From Escherichia phage EF202P1, in sequence record OP172796.1: DNA of 64,000 nt. One strand, given 5' to 3'. Below, piece by piece: positions 55,627-63,996 of the stretch. Each line of letters starts with the position of its first letter. Within the stretch, counting starts at the first letter, position 1. The translations under genes and the position numbers were made by a program. The notes under the pieces were generated by a model. The model saw only the letters and a list, made by a program, of their open reading frames with translations. It made no database searches and was not told where the DNA came from.

Positions 55627-55942
55627 CGGAAGAGACTTTGTAGCCGTTTACTATGAGAAAGATAAAGAAGTTGGCGTAGCACAAGTATCTTATGGTAATG
55701 GTAAGTGGTTGTATGGAACAATCGCAGTAGTCGGAACAAGGAGTGATACAAAAACTTTTAAAGATTGTGTTGACCTTCTTGAAGAATCCATACACAATCA
55801 TTGGTGTCTGATATGGATGACTGACAACGAAGTGATAGAACGCTTCAAAAAGATTGGTATCAACATTGATAGTATTGAGCATGTTGATTTGTATGAGCTA
55901 ACTGAGAAGGTAAACTATGAAAGTAATACTAGCCAGAGATAA
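55616..55942 (+). CDS. hypothetical protein
   Basis: Start at ATG overlapping upstream stop. Confidence 0.35.
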   Translation: MQINGRDFVAVYYEKDKEVGVAQVSYGNGKWLYGTIAVVGTRSDTKTFKDCVDLLEESIHNHWCLIWMTDNEVIERFKKIGINIDSIEHVDLYELTEKVNYESNTSQR

Positions 55943-56150
55943 AAAGACACGTAAGATTGTAAGTTCAGCAGTATTCATAGGGAGAGATGAAGTCGTCCCG
56001 TTTGCAGGGGAAGATGTGTTAACTTATAAGAAGGGTTTAAAACGTAAATTCAGTGACCGTTTACGTGGCTTCATCTCTGAACCATTAGAAGATTTTAAAA
56101 GTCGTTGTGGTAAAGGTATCATCACTCAAGAGGTAATTATTCATGGCTGA
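55917..56150 (+). CDS. hypothetical protein
   Basis: ORF. Confidence 0.3.
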   Translation: MKVILARDKKTRKIVSSAVFIGRDEVVPFAGEDVLTYKKGLKRKFSDRLRGFISEPLEDFKSRCGKGIITQEVIIHG

Positions 56151-56343
56151 CTTCTGCAAAGACTGCTCTATCGAAATGTTCGGACGTGATACAGGCGACT
56201 TAAAAGGTCTCATCACTGAAGATGACTTTAAAGCTGGCTATGCAATGCCAGTAATCTGTGAAGGTTGTGGGTGCATCTGGGTAGACCATGAAGGGCAACG
56301 TGTAAAACCTTCAGAAGATAAAGAATCTTGGGAGAGATGTTAA
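56143..56343 (+). CDS. zinc-ribbon small protein
   Basis: CKDC ... CEGCGC motif. Confidence 0.35.
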   Translation: MADFCKDCSIEMFGRDTGDLKGLITEDDFKAGYAMPVICEGCGCIWVDHEGQRVKPSEDKESWERC

Positions 56344-57129
56344 ATGGGTATTGTAAAAATCATCAATGGGGATATCTTCTCCGCATTTGATAAAGGTAAG
56401 TTTGATATCATTGGTCACGGTTGCAACTGTATGAACTTAATGGGTGCAGGTATCGCTGACAAGATTTCTAAACTTTACCCAAAAGCATATGAGACCGATA
56501 CAGAAGTTTATCTGTATGCAGGTGGCATAGGTCACAAACCCTGTGAAAATTTACTAGGGAATTTCTCTGTAGCACGTTTAGAACAAGGCCGTATAGCTAA
56601 CCTTTACACTCAGCTTAAGACTGGTAAAGATGCCCGATACAGTGCTTTAGAGTCATCTTTGAAACAACTTAACAGATACTGTGAAGTTAATCAGTTGAAG
56701 AAAGTTGGTTTACCTATGATTGGTGCAGGTATTGGTGGACTTGACCCTCAAGCCGTCACAGTTATCATCAATCAGGTGATGAAGAGTGTAGATGTCTATC
56801 TATATGTCTATGAAGGAGAGATGTACCACAAGTTACGCTCAGGTTGGAAGAACTACTGTGAACCAGAATACTTTGCAGGTGTAGTAACGTTCACAGATAA
56901 CGCAGTTACCCTCTTCAGACGAAGAAAAGGTAAGATACATCAAAGTAACCCTCCGGTTGAAAAGATGTCTCTAAGTAACGCTCTAGTTACCCACCTGTCG
57001 AAGAGCAATCACAGAATTGCCGTGACATTTGGTAGCGATGCAGACACCTACATCTATGCAAGAACTGATGAGAATGTCGAGGAAATTTTCTCATCACCGG
57101 AAGTAACCTTCTTAGACGCAAAGAACTAA
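56344..57129 (+). CDS. macro-domain protein (ADP-ribose binding/hydrolase) with C-terminal extension
   Basis: N-terminal macro signature INGDIFSAF...FDIIGHGCNCMNLMGAGIA and later LPMIGAGIGGLDP. Confidence 0.65.
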   Translation: MGIVKIINGDIFSAFDKGKFDIIGHGCNCMNLMGAGIADKISKLYPKAYETDTEVYLYAGGIGHKPCENLLGNFSVARLEQGRIANLYTQLKTGKDARYSALESSLKQLNRYCEVNQLKKVGLPMIGAGIGGLDPQAVTVIINQVMKSVDVYLYVYEGEMYHKLRSGWKNYCEPEYFAGVVTFTDNAVTLFRRRKGKIHQSNPPVEKMSLSNALVTHLSKSNHRIAVTFGSDADTYIYARTDENVEEIFSSPEVTFLDAKN

Positions 57130-57160
57130 GAAACTCTGTATAATATTCACAATAGACTAA

Positions 57161-57204
57161 GCCTTTCTTATCTGGTAAATTTTTCAGGTAAGGAGGGCTT
57201 TTTC
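57161..57204 (+). terminator. candidate terminator after macro-domain gene
   Basis: GCCTTTCTTA ... TAAGGAGGGC then TTTTT (G-U pairs). Confidence 0.4.
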
Positions 57205-57400
57205 ATTTCAGGATTGTGCAGGTATAAATCTGTAGAGAAATCTGTAGAGAAAATTTTGAACTCCAAAGAGAAAATTCATTTTCAAACTGTGCAGATAATC
57301 TCCAAAGAGCTTTTTTATTTTCAAAACGTGCAGACCCCGCTCAGGTCGGGCAAGAAAAATCATTTTAGAATTGTGCAGGTAGGTGGGTGCAGGTGGGGAT
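57201..57400. repeat. cluster of short direct repeats (TTTTCAAA..TGTGCAGA, AATCTGTAGAGAA x2, CTCCAAAGAG x2)
   Basis: Four copies of (T)CATTTTCAAA(A/C)(T/C)GTGCAG(A/G) plus tandem 13-mers. Confidence 0.55.
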
Positions 57401-57558
57401 GTCGCCATTTCTCACAAGGCTACCACATCTGAAAAGAAAAGTCAACAGAAAAATTTGTAGCGGATTGAAAAATAATTCTTGATTGTAGTTCTGTTTTGTG
57501 GTAGTCGCGTGCACCCGTTTCATTACAGTTTTTTGCAAAAATATTTTTAAAATTCCTA

Positions 57559-57587
57559 TTGACTCTTTGAGTATGGTTATCTAATAT
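57559..57587 (+). promoter_or_regulatory. sigma70-like promoter TTGACT-17-TAATAT at start of small-ORF array
   Basis: Near-consensus hexamers. Confidence 0.5.
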
Positions 57588-57635
57588 TTGCATCAGACGG
57601 GCAATCAAGCCCACTTCCTAAACTGGAGAATCAAA

Positions 57636-57842
57636 ATGCTTTACAGTCGTGAATTGATGGTTACAACTAACGTTAACACAAAGGTAAAACGTTTTTATAT
57701 GCAAGTGTGCGGCGCATGGCGTAGAATATCAGAAGCTGACTATTGCAACTATGTAGAAACGGCTATTAATTCTAATTGCTACCTTACAAGAAACACTAAG
57801 AAATTTACAAGGCAGACAGCGATTTACTACTACGACAAATAA
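57636..57842 (+). CDS. small hypothetical protein (array gene 1)
   Basis: ATG after RBS CTGGAGAATCAAA; sigma70-like promoter upstream. Confidence 0.4.
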   Translation: MLYSRELMVTTNVNTKVKRFYMQVCGAWRRISEADYCNYVETAINSNCYLTRNTKKFTRQTAIYYYDK

Positions 57843-57928
57843 AGTACTTTACAGGGGGCTTAAAAGCTGATATCTTAAGCCCCAGATAAAGAGCTTTACC
57901 ACTCAATCCTAAATTGGAGAACTTAAAA
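57843..57928 (+). promoter_or_regulatory. class-A cassette (TTTACA - hairpin - TATCTT/TAAAGT - conserved leader - RBS)
   Basis: AAGTACTTTACAGGGGGCTT...AAGCCCCAGATAAAGAGCTTTACC...GGAGA...ATG. Confidence 0.5.
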
Positions 57929-58309
57929 ATGGCATACCGTGCACCTAAATTCATCAACAAAGACAACTTTCGCAACGCACTGGAGAAGTCACTTGATGAA
58001 AATTTTAAAGGTAACATTATCGTTGTTCACGCATTCAATTTTAAGTATGATGTAAACGGGAATAGAATCAACCATTACACAGCAACCATGTTAGATGGTA
58101 CGCTATCAAGTGAAAAAGCTGTACTGAATGCACTTGCAGGACGTGGTAAAAACCTGATAAGATGCGATAAGAGACGTTATCAGGGTGGCGCATATGGTTA
58201 TGATGATGCTGTTTATCATCTTGAAAATATGGGCTATTCAGTGGAAAAAGCTGGAGTGTCTCAAATAATCGGCAGTGACGGCTATGTGACAATTTTCAAA
58301 ATTAACTAA
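57929..58309 (+). CDS. small hypothetical protein (array gene 2)
   Basis: ATG 8 nt after GGAGA RBS of conserved cassette. Confidence 0.45.
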   Translation: MAYRAPKFINKDNFRNALEKSLDENFKGNIIVVHAFNFKYDVNGNRINHYTATMLDGTLSSEKAVLNALAGRGKNLIRCDKRRYQGGAYGYDDAVYHLENMGYSVEKAGVSQIIGSDGYVTIFKIN

Positions 58310-58311
58310 TA

Positions 58312-58397
58312 AAGTACTTTACAGGGGGCTTATAGTTCGATAAAGTAAGCCCCAGATAAAGAGCTTTACCACTAAATCCTAAATTGGAGATTCAAAA
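58312..58397 (+). promoter_or_regulatory. class-A cassette
   Basis: Near-identical copy; hairpin GGGGCTTATAGTTCGATAAAGTAAGCCCC. Confidence 0.5.
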
Positions 58398-58655
58398 ATG
58401 GCTATTATTAAAAACGTTGTAATTCCTGCAAAAACTCGTGATGACGCTCGCATCATGGCGAAAAAGTTAGGCGGAAAAGTGGTTGACAACGGAAAACAAA
58501 CTGCTGTAAGGTGGGGCGTGAAAGCTGATAAGCAACTAACCTTAAAACGCAGTTCAAACAACCTTTTTAAAGGTGTAAAATCACTCGGTAAAGTGAACGT
58601 GTTTACCAAAAAAGGCTATAAAATGCACTTATCATTAACTGGCAATTTAATCTGA
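58398..58655 (+). CDS. small hypothetical basic protein (array gene 3)
   Basis: Cassette-preceded ORF. Confidence 0.45.
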   Translation: MAIIKNVVIPAKTRDDARIMAKKLGGKVVDNGKQTAVRWGVKADKQLTLKRSSNNLFKGVKSLGKVNVFTKKGYKMHLSLTGNLI

Positions 58656-58745
58656 TAAAGTACTTTACAGGGGGCTTAAAAGCTGATATCTTAAGCCCCA
58701 GATAAAGAGCTTTACCACTCAATCCTTAAACTAGGAGATTCAAAA
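58656..58745 (+). promoter_or_regulatory. class-A cassette
   Basis: Near-identical copy. Confidence 0.5.
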
Positions 58746-59258
58746 ATGAAAACTGTAGACGCTACCTTTGAAGTTGTAAAAGAAAAATTTTCCATAATTT
58801 ATGAGGCTGTCAATTGCTACGAAGCAAGCCATAATCTTGATAATTGGAAGTTTACAGATGACCATCAAGGCGGTGTGACTATTAAAAACCCCAACTGTCA
58901 GCGTAATGGATTTAAATATGCAATTCCTTTACATTACAGCCTTAAACAGCTTTCAATTGACTATGCAAAACAAGGCCGGGAAAATCCATCGAAAGAGGCT
59001 TACATCAGCTTACAGAAAGAACTAGAAAGAGATTTAGAGGCTTCAGAATATAACATCGCCGCGAAAGTTGTAGATGCAAACGGTAGCACGGTTTTAGAGA
59101 GTTTTTATATTGGTTATGCTTTCGATTGGTGCTACAGTGACGGCGATGATTTAGATGACAGACTAAAAGAGGAAGTGAACAACGCAGACGCAGAATCTGA
59201 AGTATTAGAACGCTTGGAAGCATTAAAAGATTCAGTGATGAATATCTTTAAGAACTAA
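58746..59258 (+). CDS. hypothetical acidic protein (array gene 4)
   Basis: Cassette-preceded ORF. Confidence 0.45.
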   Translation: MKTVDATFEVVKEKFSIIYEAVNCYEASHNLDNWKFTDDHQGGVTIKNPNCQRNGFKYAIPLHYSLKQLSIDYAKQGRENPSKEAYISLQKELERDLEASEYNIAAKVVDANGSTVLESFYIGYAFDWCYSDGDDLDDRLKEEVNNADAESEVLERLEALKDSVMNIFKN

Positions 59259-59349
59259 ATAGATTTCTTTACACGGGGCTAACAAGCGGATATGATAGCC
59301 CCAGATAAAGAGATTTATCAAATTAACCCTTAAACTAGGAGATTCTAAA
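59259..59349 (+). promoter_or_regulatory. class-A cassette (divergent copy, TTTACA-17-TATGAT)
   Basis: Hairpin sequence differs (CGGGGCTA...TAGCCCC) but hexamers and spacing kept. Confidence 0.5.
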
Positions 59350-59646
59350 ATGAAATTATCAAATAAAGTTAGGGAAAACCTTAGCAAATTACTCAATAAA
59401 ATTGATTTTATCGAGACATCAAGGAATAGTCATGATGTTATGGAATGGTTACACGGCAAAATAAAAGGCCGTCGCGTCGTGATTTGCTTATGGAATAGTT
59501 GCAGGGAATATAAAAAGCCTGTATTGCAAATTAATGTTTATGATGATACTTTTAAAAGTCCTGTAAAGTCTAAAAGCGATTTATTAGAATCCTATGAGAT
59601 AACTGTAAATGGCAAAGTATCATGTAAAGAGGAAGCACCATGTTAA
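59350..59646 (+). CDS. small hypothetical protein (array gene 5)
   Basis: Cassette-preceded ORF. Confidence 0.45.
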   Translation: MKLSNKVRENLSKLLNKIDFIETSRNSHDVMEWLHGKIKGRRVVICLWNSCREYKKPVLQINVYDDTFKSPVKSKSDLLESYEITVNGKVSCKEEAPC

Positions 59647-59972
59647 TGATGGGTATCACTGCAATCATTGCCATTATAGCACTGTACAAGGCTTATAGCG
59701 CATATAATTTGGCAAGTAAGGCAATCACGCAACAGGTTAATAATAGCCTTGTAATGAGCTTTCTGGAGCGTTTAAGTGATGAACAAATAAAACGGTTAGA
59801 AATGAGCTTCAGATTTCAATCAAAAACTTATCAAATCAGCGACATTTTCAAAGATAATTTTCAGCTTGTCGATGATTATAACTCTCTGATAAATGCTTTA
59901 AATATCAGTGACTTAAAAGACTATTACACTGTAATTGTCCAAGAACTGAACAAACGAAAAAATTTCTCTTGA
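59640..59972 (+). CDS. small membrane protein (array gene 6)
   Basis: N-terminal TM helix MLMMGITAIIAIIALY; overlaps upstream ORF. Confidence 0.4.
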   Translation: MLMMGITAIIAIIALYKAYSAYNLASKAITQQVNNSLVMSFLERLSDEQIKRLEMSFRFQSKTYQISDIFKDNFQLVDDYNSLINALNISDLKDYYTVIVQELNKRKNFS

Positions 59973-60062
59973 TTTTAGTTTTAAAAACAAGTAAATTACT
60001 AATCAACGGGGAGGGAATGACCTTCCCCACTAAGTAAAGTCCTTAAACTAGGAGATTCAAAA
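59969..60062 (+). promoter_or_regulatory. class-B cassette (TTGATT-17-TAAATT promoter, 5' hairpin GGGGAGG/CCTTCCCC, RBS)
   Basis: Promoter hexamers, then AATCAACGGGGAGGGAATGACCTTCCCCACTAAGTAAAGTCCTTAAACTAGGAGATTC..ATG. Confidence 0.55.
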
Positions 60063-60335
60063 ATGTACACTACTAACAACGGTCGCACCTTAAACGTAAC
60101 CCTACGTCACTATGTGAACGGTGTAATGCACTTCGAGGATTTACAAGCTGAACAGCACATTTTGGATTGGCAACTTGCAGGATTCCAAAAAACTGCTACC
60201 GGATACGGGAAAAAGATTCCAACTAGCTGGAAAGTATACTACGAAGGCCGTTTGCGTAGAATTTATCAAGATGTATGCGGCAATAGCGCATCAAGTTACA
60301 TCATAGTAAAAGGCAAAAAGCTGCATTTAGTATAA
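60063..60335 (+). CDS. small hypothetical protein (array gene 7)
   Basis: Cassette-preceded ORF. Confidence 0.45.
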   Translation: MYTTNNGRTLNVTLRHYVNGVMHFEDLQAEQHILDWQLAGFQKTATGYGKKIPTSWKVYYEGRLRRIYQDVCGNSASSYIIVKGKKLHLV

Positions 60336-60420
60336 AGTACTTTACAAGGGGCTTATAGTTCGATAAAGTAAGCCCCAGATAAAGAGCTTTACCACTAAAT
60401 CCTAAATTGGAGATTCAAAA
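60336..60420 (+). promoter_or_regulatory. class-A cassette
   Basis: Near-identical copy. Confidence 0.5.
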
Positions 60421-60825
60421 ATGGCTATTAATAATCGTGAGTTATCTATCTTAAAAGCACGTTTGACCGTCAACCGGATTAATGTTATCACATCATCAGC
60501 ACCAGATGAAACACTGCAAAACATTATTGGGAAGATTCAAAGTATTATCTTAGACGTTGAAAGCGTAAAAAACTCATTGGCTGACGTTGCAGCCGGTATC
60601 ACGCTAGACGGTGCACAACATGAGATGGCCGACATGTTAGGCAAATCAAAGGTAATGAATAAAGAGCTTGATTTAAAGATGTTCCGATTTGCTGTTAAAG
60701 TGTGGCTATCCGTCGAGTATGACGCTAATTTTGCAATCGCTGATTTCTTTGCCACTTGGTTACAACGTAACTTAACAAATCATGATTTCCGTGATGTCTG
60801 TGATGCAATCTACGCAGAACTTTAA
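60421..60825 (+). CDS. small hypothetical protein (array gene 8)
   Basis: Cassette-preceded ORF. Confidence 0.45.
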   Translation: MAINNRELSILKARLTVNRINVITSSAPDETLQNIIGKIQSIILDVESVKNSLADVAAGITLDGAQHEMADMLGKSKVMNKELDLKMFRFAVKVWLSVEYDANFAIADFFATWLQRNLTNHDFRDVCDAIYAEL

Positions 60826-60832
60826 AAAGATG

Positions 60833-60925
60833 TTGACACTGATTTTTAGATAGATTAAATTACTCATCAACGGGGAGGCAATAGCCTCCCTACTAAGTAA
60901 AGTCCTTAAACTAGGAGATTCAAAA
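60833..60925 (+). promoter_or_regulatory. class-B cassette (TTGACA-17-TAAATT)
   Basis: As above, hairpin variant GGGGAGGCAATAGCCTCCC. Confidence 0.55.
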
Positions 60926-61123
60926 ATGGCTATTATTAACGGCTTAAACATTGAAACAACACACATCAAAGATATCAAAGTTGGTGATGTAGTCCTTTCC
61001 CACGGCGTAGAAAAAACTGTCACTGCAAAGGATATCAAAGAGGATTCTTTCATGGGTAGAACTCTCTTCGGTGATTCTTATTGCTTAGGTTATCTTGCAG
61101 TTTTAAAAGTTGTCAAAAATTAA
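60926..61123 (+). CDS. small hypothetical protein (array gene 9)
   Basis: Cassette-preceded ORF. Confidence 0.4.
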   Translation: MAIINGLNIETTHIKDIKVGDVVLSHGVEKTVTAKDIKEDSFMGRTLFGDSYCLGYLAVLKVVKN

Positions 61124-61215
61124 GTAATAAAGTGCTTTACAAGGGGCTTAAAAAGTTGGTATCTTAAGCCCCAGATAAAGAGCTTTACACAGTCCTTAAA
61201 CTAGGAGATTAAAAA
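61124..61215 (+). promoter_or_regulatory. class-A cassette
   Basis: Near-identical copy. Confidence 0.5.
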
Positions 61216-61464
61216 ATGATGAACTATTTCAATGTCCCTGATACCTGCCGACTATTGACACAAGAAGAAAACTTGGGTAAACCTTTTCTTTACCACATAC
61301 CAGACAACACACCAAAAACTTATAGTTACAATGTCAACCGTTTTACCGCATACGCTGCAAAGAACGGTTATAAGTTGGTCACTCAAAAAGTAATGCTGGT
61401 TACAACCGCTGATGAGATTCCTACAGTTGCAGTTAAACTAATTTTCTCAAAAAAAGTTAAATAA
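61216..61464 (+). CDS. small hypothetical protein (array gene 10)
   Basis: Cassette-preceded ORF. Confidence 0.45.
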   Translation: MMNYFNVPDTCRLLTQEENLGKPFLYHIPDNTPKTYSYNVNRFTAYAAKNGYKLVTQKVMLVTTADEIPTVAVKLIFSKKVK

Positions 61465-61549
61465 AGTACTTTACAAGGGGCTTATAGTTCGATAAAGTAA
61501 GCCCCAGATAAAGAGCTTTACCACTAAATCCTAAACTGGAGATTCAAAA
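61465..61549 (+). promoter_or_regulatory. class-A cassette
   Basis: Near-identical copy. Confidence 0.5.
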
Positions 61550-62113
61550 ATGAAATGCTATCACGGAACTACCCTCAAAAACTTTGTAAACCTGCTGAAT
61601 GGTGGCGACAAGCCGGAAGGAATCTGGAACTGCTCATACATGGATGATTGTTTCTACGTTTACCCAATGAACAAGATTATCAAAACGGAATGTCTGGAAG
61701 ATGAGGAAGATTCTTACATTCGTGAACGCTGCATTCAAAACGCTTTAGAATCTGGGCTTATTACGGCAGCTTTCCAAATGGAAACGCAGGATGTAATTGT
61801 CATTGAGATGGATATCCCAGAGGAAGAGCTAGAGGATGATTATTCTTGTGACAACATGAGCGATATCGCCAGCTTTACCGGACACTTTGATAAAAATTGG
61901 ATTATTGGCCTTCACTCGACGAAATTTAGTGCGATGTATGCACCTTTCTTTGTACCAGATGCAACTAACCGCAATTTAGGCTATGTTGACGATGATTTGT
62001 TAAGTATGGCGAAAATTGTACAGAATAGCGGTGATAGTTCCGTGTTTTGTGACTTGCTGGATAAAATCACGGCAAACATCACAGAGTGCAATTTAAAAGA
62101 CTTTTTAGGTTAA
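61550..62113 (+). CDS. hypothetical strongly acidic protein (array gene 11)
   Basis: Cassette-preceded ORF; Asp/Glu-rich (EDEEDSY, EEELEDDYSCD). Confidence 0.45.
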   Translation: MKCYHGTTLKNFVNLLNGGDKPEGIWNCSYMDDCFYVYPMNKIIKTECLEDEEDSYIRERCIQNALESGLITAAFQMETQDVIVIEMDIPEEELEDDYSCDNMSDIASFTGHFDKNWIIGLHSTKFSAMYAPFFVPDATNRNLGYVDDDLLSMAKIVQNSGDSSVFCDLLDKITANITECNLKDFLG

Positions 62114-62176
62114 TCAGTACAAAGACACCAACTTCCAACTTAAGGCCCATACAGGGCCATTTAAAGGGCTTAAATC

Positions 62177-62410
62177 ATGCTTACAACCGTTTATCTTATC
62201 CTTTCTATTTGTAATGGTCATTCATGTGATTTTAAAGGGCTTGAGGAGTTTACAGGGAGTAAAGAAAATGCTATTCAAGTTTGCCAGATAGCAAGACAAG
62301 ACTATCCCGCCAGTGATGATATTCAATGTTACTTTAAGACAGAAGACAGCGACGGCGTTTATTTTGACAGTGTCGATGGTCAATATGAAATTATCATTGA
62401 AAAAGACTAG
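62177..62410 (+). CDS. small hypothetical protein (array gene 12)
   Basis: ORF after GGCCC hairpin. Confidence 0.4.
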   Translation: MLTTVYLILSICNGHSCDFKGLEEFTGSKENAIQVCQIARQDYPASDDIQCYFKTEDSDGVYFDSVDGQYEIIIEKD

Positions 62411-62501
62411 ACAAGCCTGATAAAAGTCTGTAAATTGTCAATCAACGGGGAGGGAATGACCTTCCCCACTAAATAAAGTCCTTAAACTAGGAGATTCTAA
62501 A
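62408..62501 (+). promoter_or_regulatory. class-B cassette (TAGACA-17-TAAATT)
   Basis: As above. Confidence 0.5.
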
Positions 62502-62843
62502 ATGGCTTATGTAACTGTAATTACCGATAAAGCTGGCGCATCTTGGTCAACTCAAGTAAGCGATAAGATGTCACCTATGCAGTGCCTAAAATACTTTGAG
62601 CAGTGGAACAAAGGCGAGGATGTAAGCCCCTTTCAAGTGATGCAGATTATCCATGTAGACAACGAAGGGAATAAAACGACGCTGAATAGTGAGCACTATG
62701 TAAGCCGTTTTGAAACGAGAAGTAAAACAATGAAACTTTTACGTGAATCCGGTTACGCCCATATCGCCGCGTTAATCTGGGATGACCTGCTAAAAAGACA
62801 GCGTATCAGCTATGTAAAACCTGAAAAAATATTTATCAGTTAA
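62502..62843 (+). CDS. small hypothetical protein (array gene 13)
   Basis: Cassette-preceded ORF. Confidence 0.45.
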   Translation: MAYVTVITDKAGASWSTQVSDKMSPMQCLKYFEQWNKGEDVSPFQVMQIIHVDNEGNKTTLNSEHYVSRFETRSKTMKLLRESGYAHIAALIWDDLLKRQRISYVKPEKIFIS

Positions 62844-62973
62844 TCAATAACTTACAAAAAACTTTTAAAAAGATGTTGACAATCCCTCTTGACATTGGTA
62901 ACTTTGTTCGAGGGGGGTTTATCTAAAAGGGATTAACTTAAAAGATTCTTTATAGATAGACTTAAAAAATTGC

Positions 62974-63066
62974 TTGCAATCAGATATCAAAACAAGTAAA
63001 TTACTCATCAACGGGGAGGCAATAACCTCCCTACTAAGTAAAGTCCTTAAACTAGGAGATTCTAAA
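62974..63066 (+). promoter_or_regulatory. class-B cassette (TTGCAA-17-TAAATT)
   Basis: As above. Confidence 0.5.
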
Positions 63067-63597
63067 ATGAACAAGTTCAAAGCTATCAACTATATTCGTT
63101 CCGTCAATGTCATGTCAAAGCCTGTAAAAGATACGTATGAATTTCGTTGTAATGGTGTACACTTCGCAACAATCACCAAATCAGAAAACGGGGCTTATTA
63201 CGTTCATCGCCGTAATGTTGCAACCGTTGTAGTCTCTCATTTTATGCAAGCTGTCGCGGAACTTCTCCCGATGTTTTTAGGTCTTTATTTAGATGAGTGT
63301 AAAAACGTTCACAGCCACGTTAAAAACCTTTTAAATAGCTATAAAATGGCTTATGAACGTTCTATCAAGTCCTTAAACAAGTTTTACAACGCACCTGAAA
63401 ATACTGTATCAATGGCCTACGATGTAAATGGTGAGGCGGTGAGTCTCTTTGAAGTGGAAGAAATCAAGCTGCATGATTTACGCCCTAGCGGTTACTCTAA
63501 GACTCTCGGTGAAGGTTTAACGTTCAATATCAAGAACTTAGAAAAAACTTTAAAAGATATTGAAAAAGATATTGACGAGACAATCAAAAATCTGTAA
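63067..63597 (+). CDS. hypothetical protein (array gene 14)
   Basis: Start at ATG after class-B cassette RBS. Confidence 0.45.
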   Translation: MNKFKAINYIRSVNVMSKPVKDTYEFRCNGVHFATITKSENGAYYVHRRNVATVVVSHFMQAVAELLPMFLGLYLDECKNVHSHVKNLLNSYKMAYERSIKSLNKFYNAPENTVSMAYDVNGEAVSLFEVEEIKLHDLRPSGYSKTLGEGLTFNIKNLEKTLKDIEKDIDETIKNL

Positions 63598-63663
63598 ATT
63601 GTCAATCAACGGGGAGGGAATGACCTTCCCCACTAAGTAAAGTCCTAAACTGGAGATTCAAAA
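63573..63663 (+). promoter_or_regulatory. class-B cassette (TTGACG-16-TAAATT)
   Basis: As above; -35 lies in 3' end of upstream CDS. Confidence 0.5.
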
Positions 63664-63927
63664 ATGGAACACGTCGAACTGACCACAATTTTACAAATTG
63701 CAACCGACAAAGAGGATGTAGCATTATTCCACCGTATCGAAAGTGACTTGTTCAATGGTGAAATCATTAAAGAATCTTACGAAGTGGTCGGATTCAAAGA
63801 TGGTAAATCATTTGGATTCTTTGACCTCGACAAAGGCAAAGCGGTTACAAAATATGATGTTTTATCTTGTGAGATTCTGACAAAATACAACGAAAAAAGA
63901 CTTGCAACATACGCCAACATGCAGTAA
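63664..63927 (+). CDS. small hypothetical protein (array gene 15)
   Basis: Cassette-preceded ORF. Confidence 0.45.
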   Translation: MEHVELTTILQIATDKEDVALFHRIESDLFNGEIIKESYEVVGFKDGKSFGFFDLDKGKAVTKYDVLSCEILTKYNEKRLATYANMQ

Positions 63928-63996
63928 ATTACTAATCAACGGGGAGGGAATGACCTTCCCCACTAAATAAAGTCCTTAAACTAGGAGATTCTAAAA
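63902..63996 (+). promoter_or_regulatory. class-B cassette (TTGCAA-17-TAAATT)
   Basis: As above; next ORF starts at about 63997 and runs off the window. Confidence 0.5.

Noticed and set aside
58321-58350. Class-A GGGGCTT...AAGCCCC hairpins as simple intrinsic terminators
   Set aside because: Unlike the genuine terminators in this window they are not followed by a T-run (AGATAAAGAGC follows), and they sit between conserved -35/-10-like hexamers.
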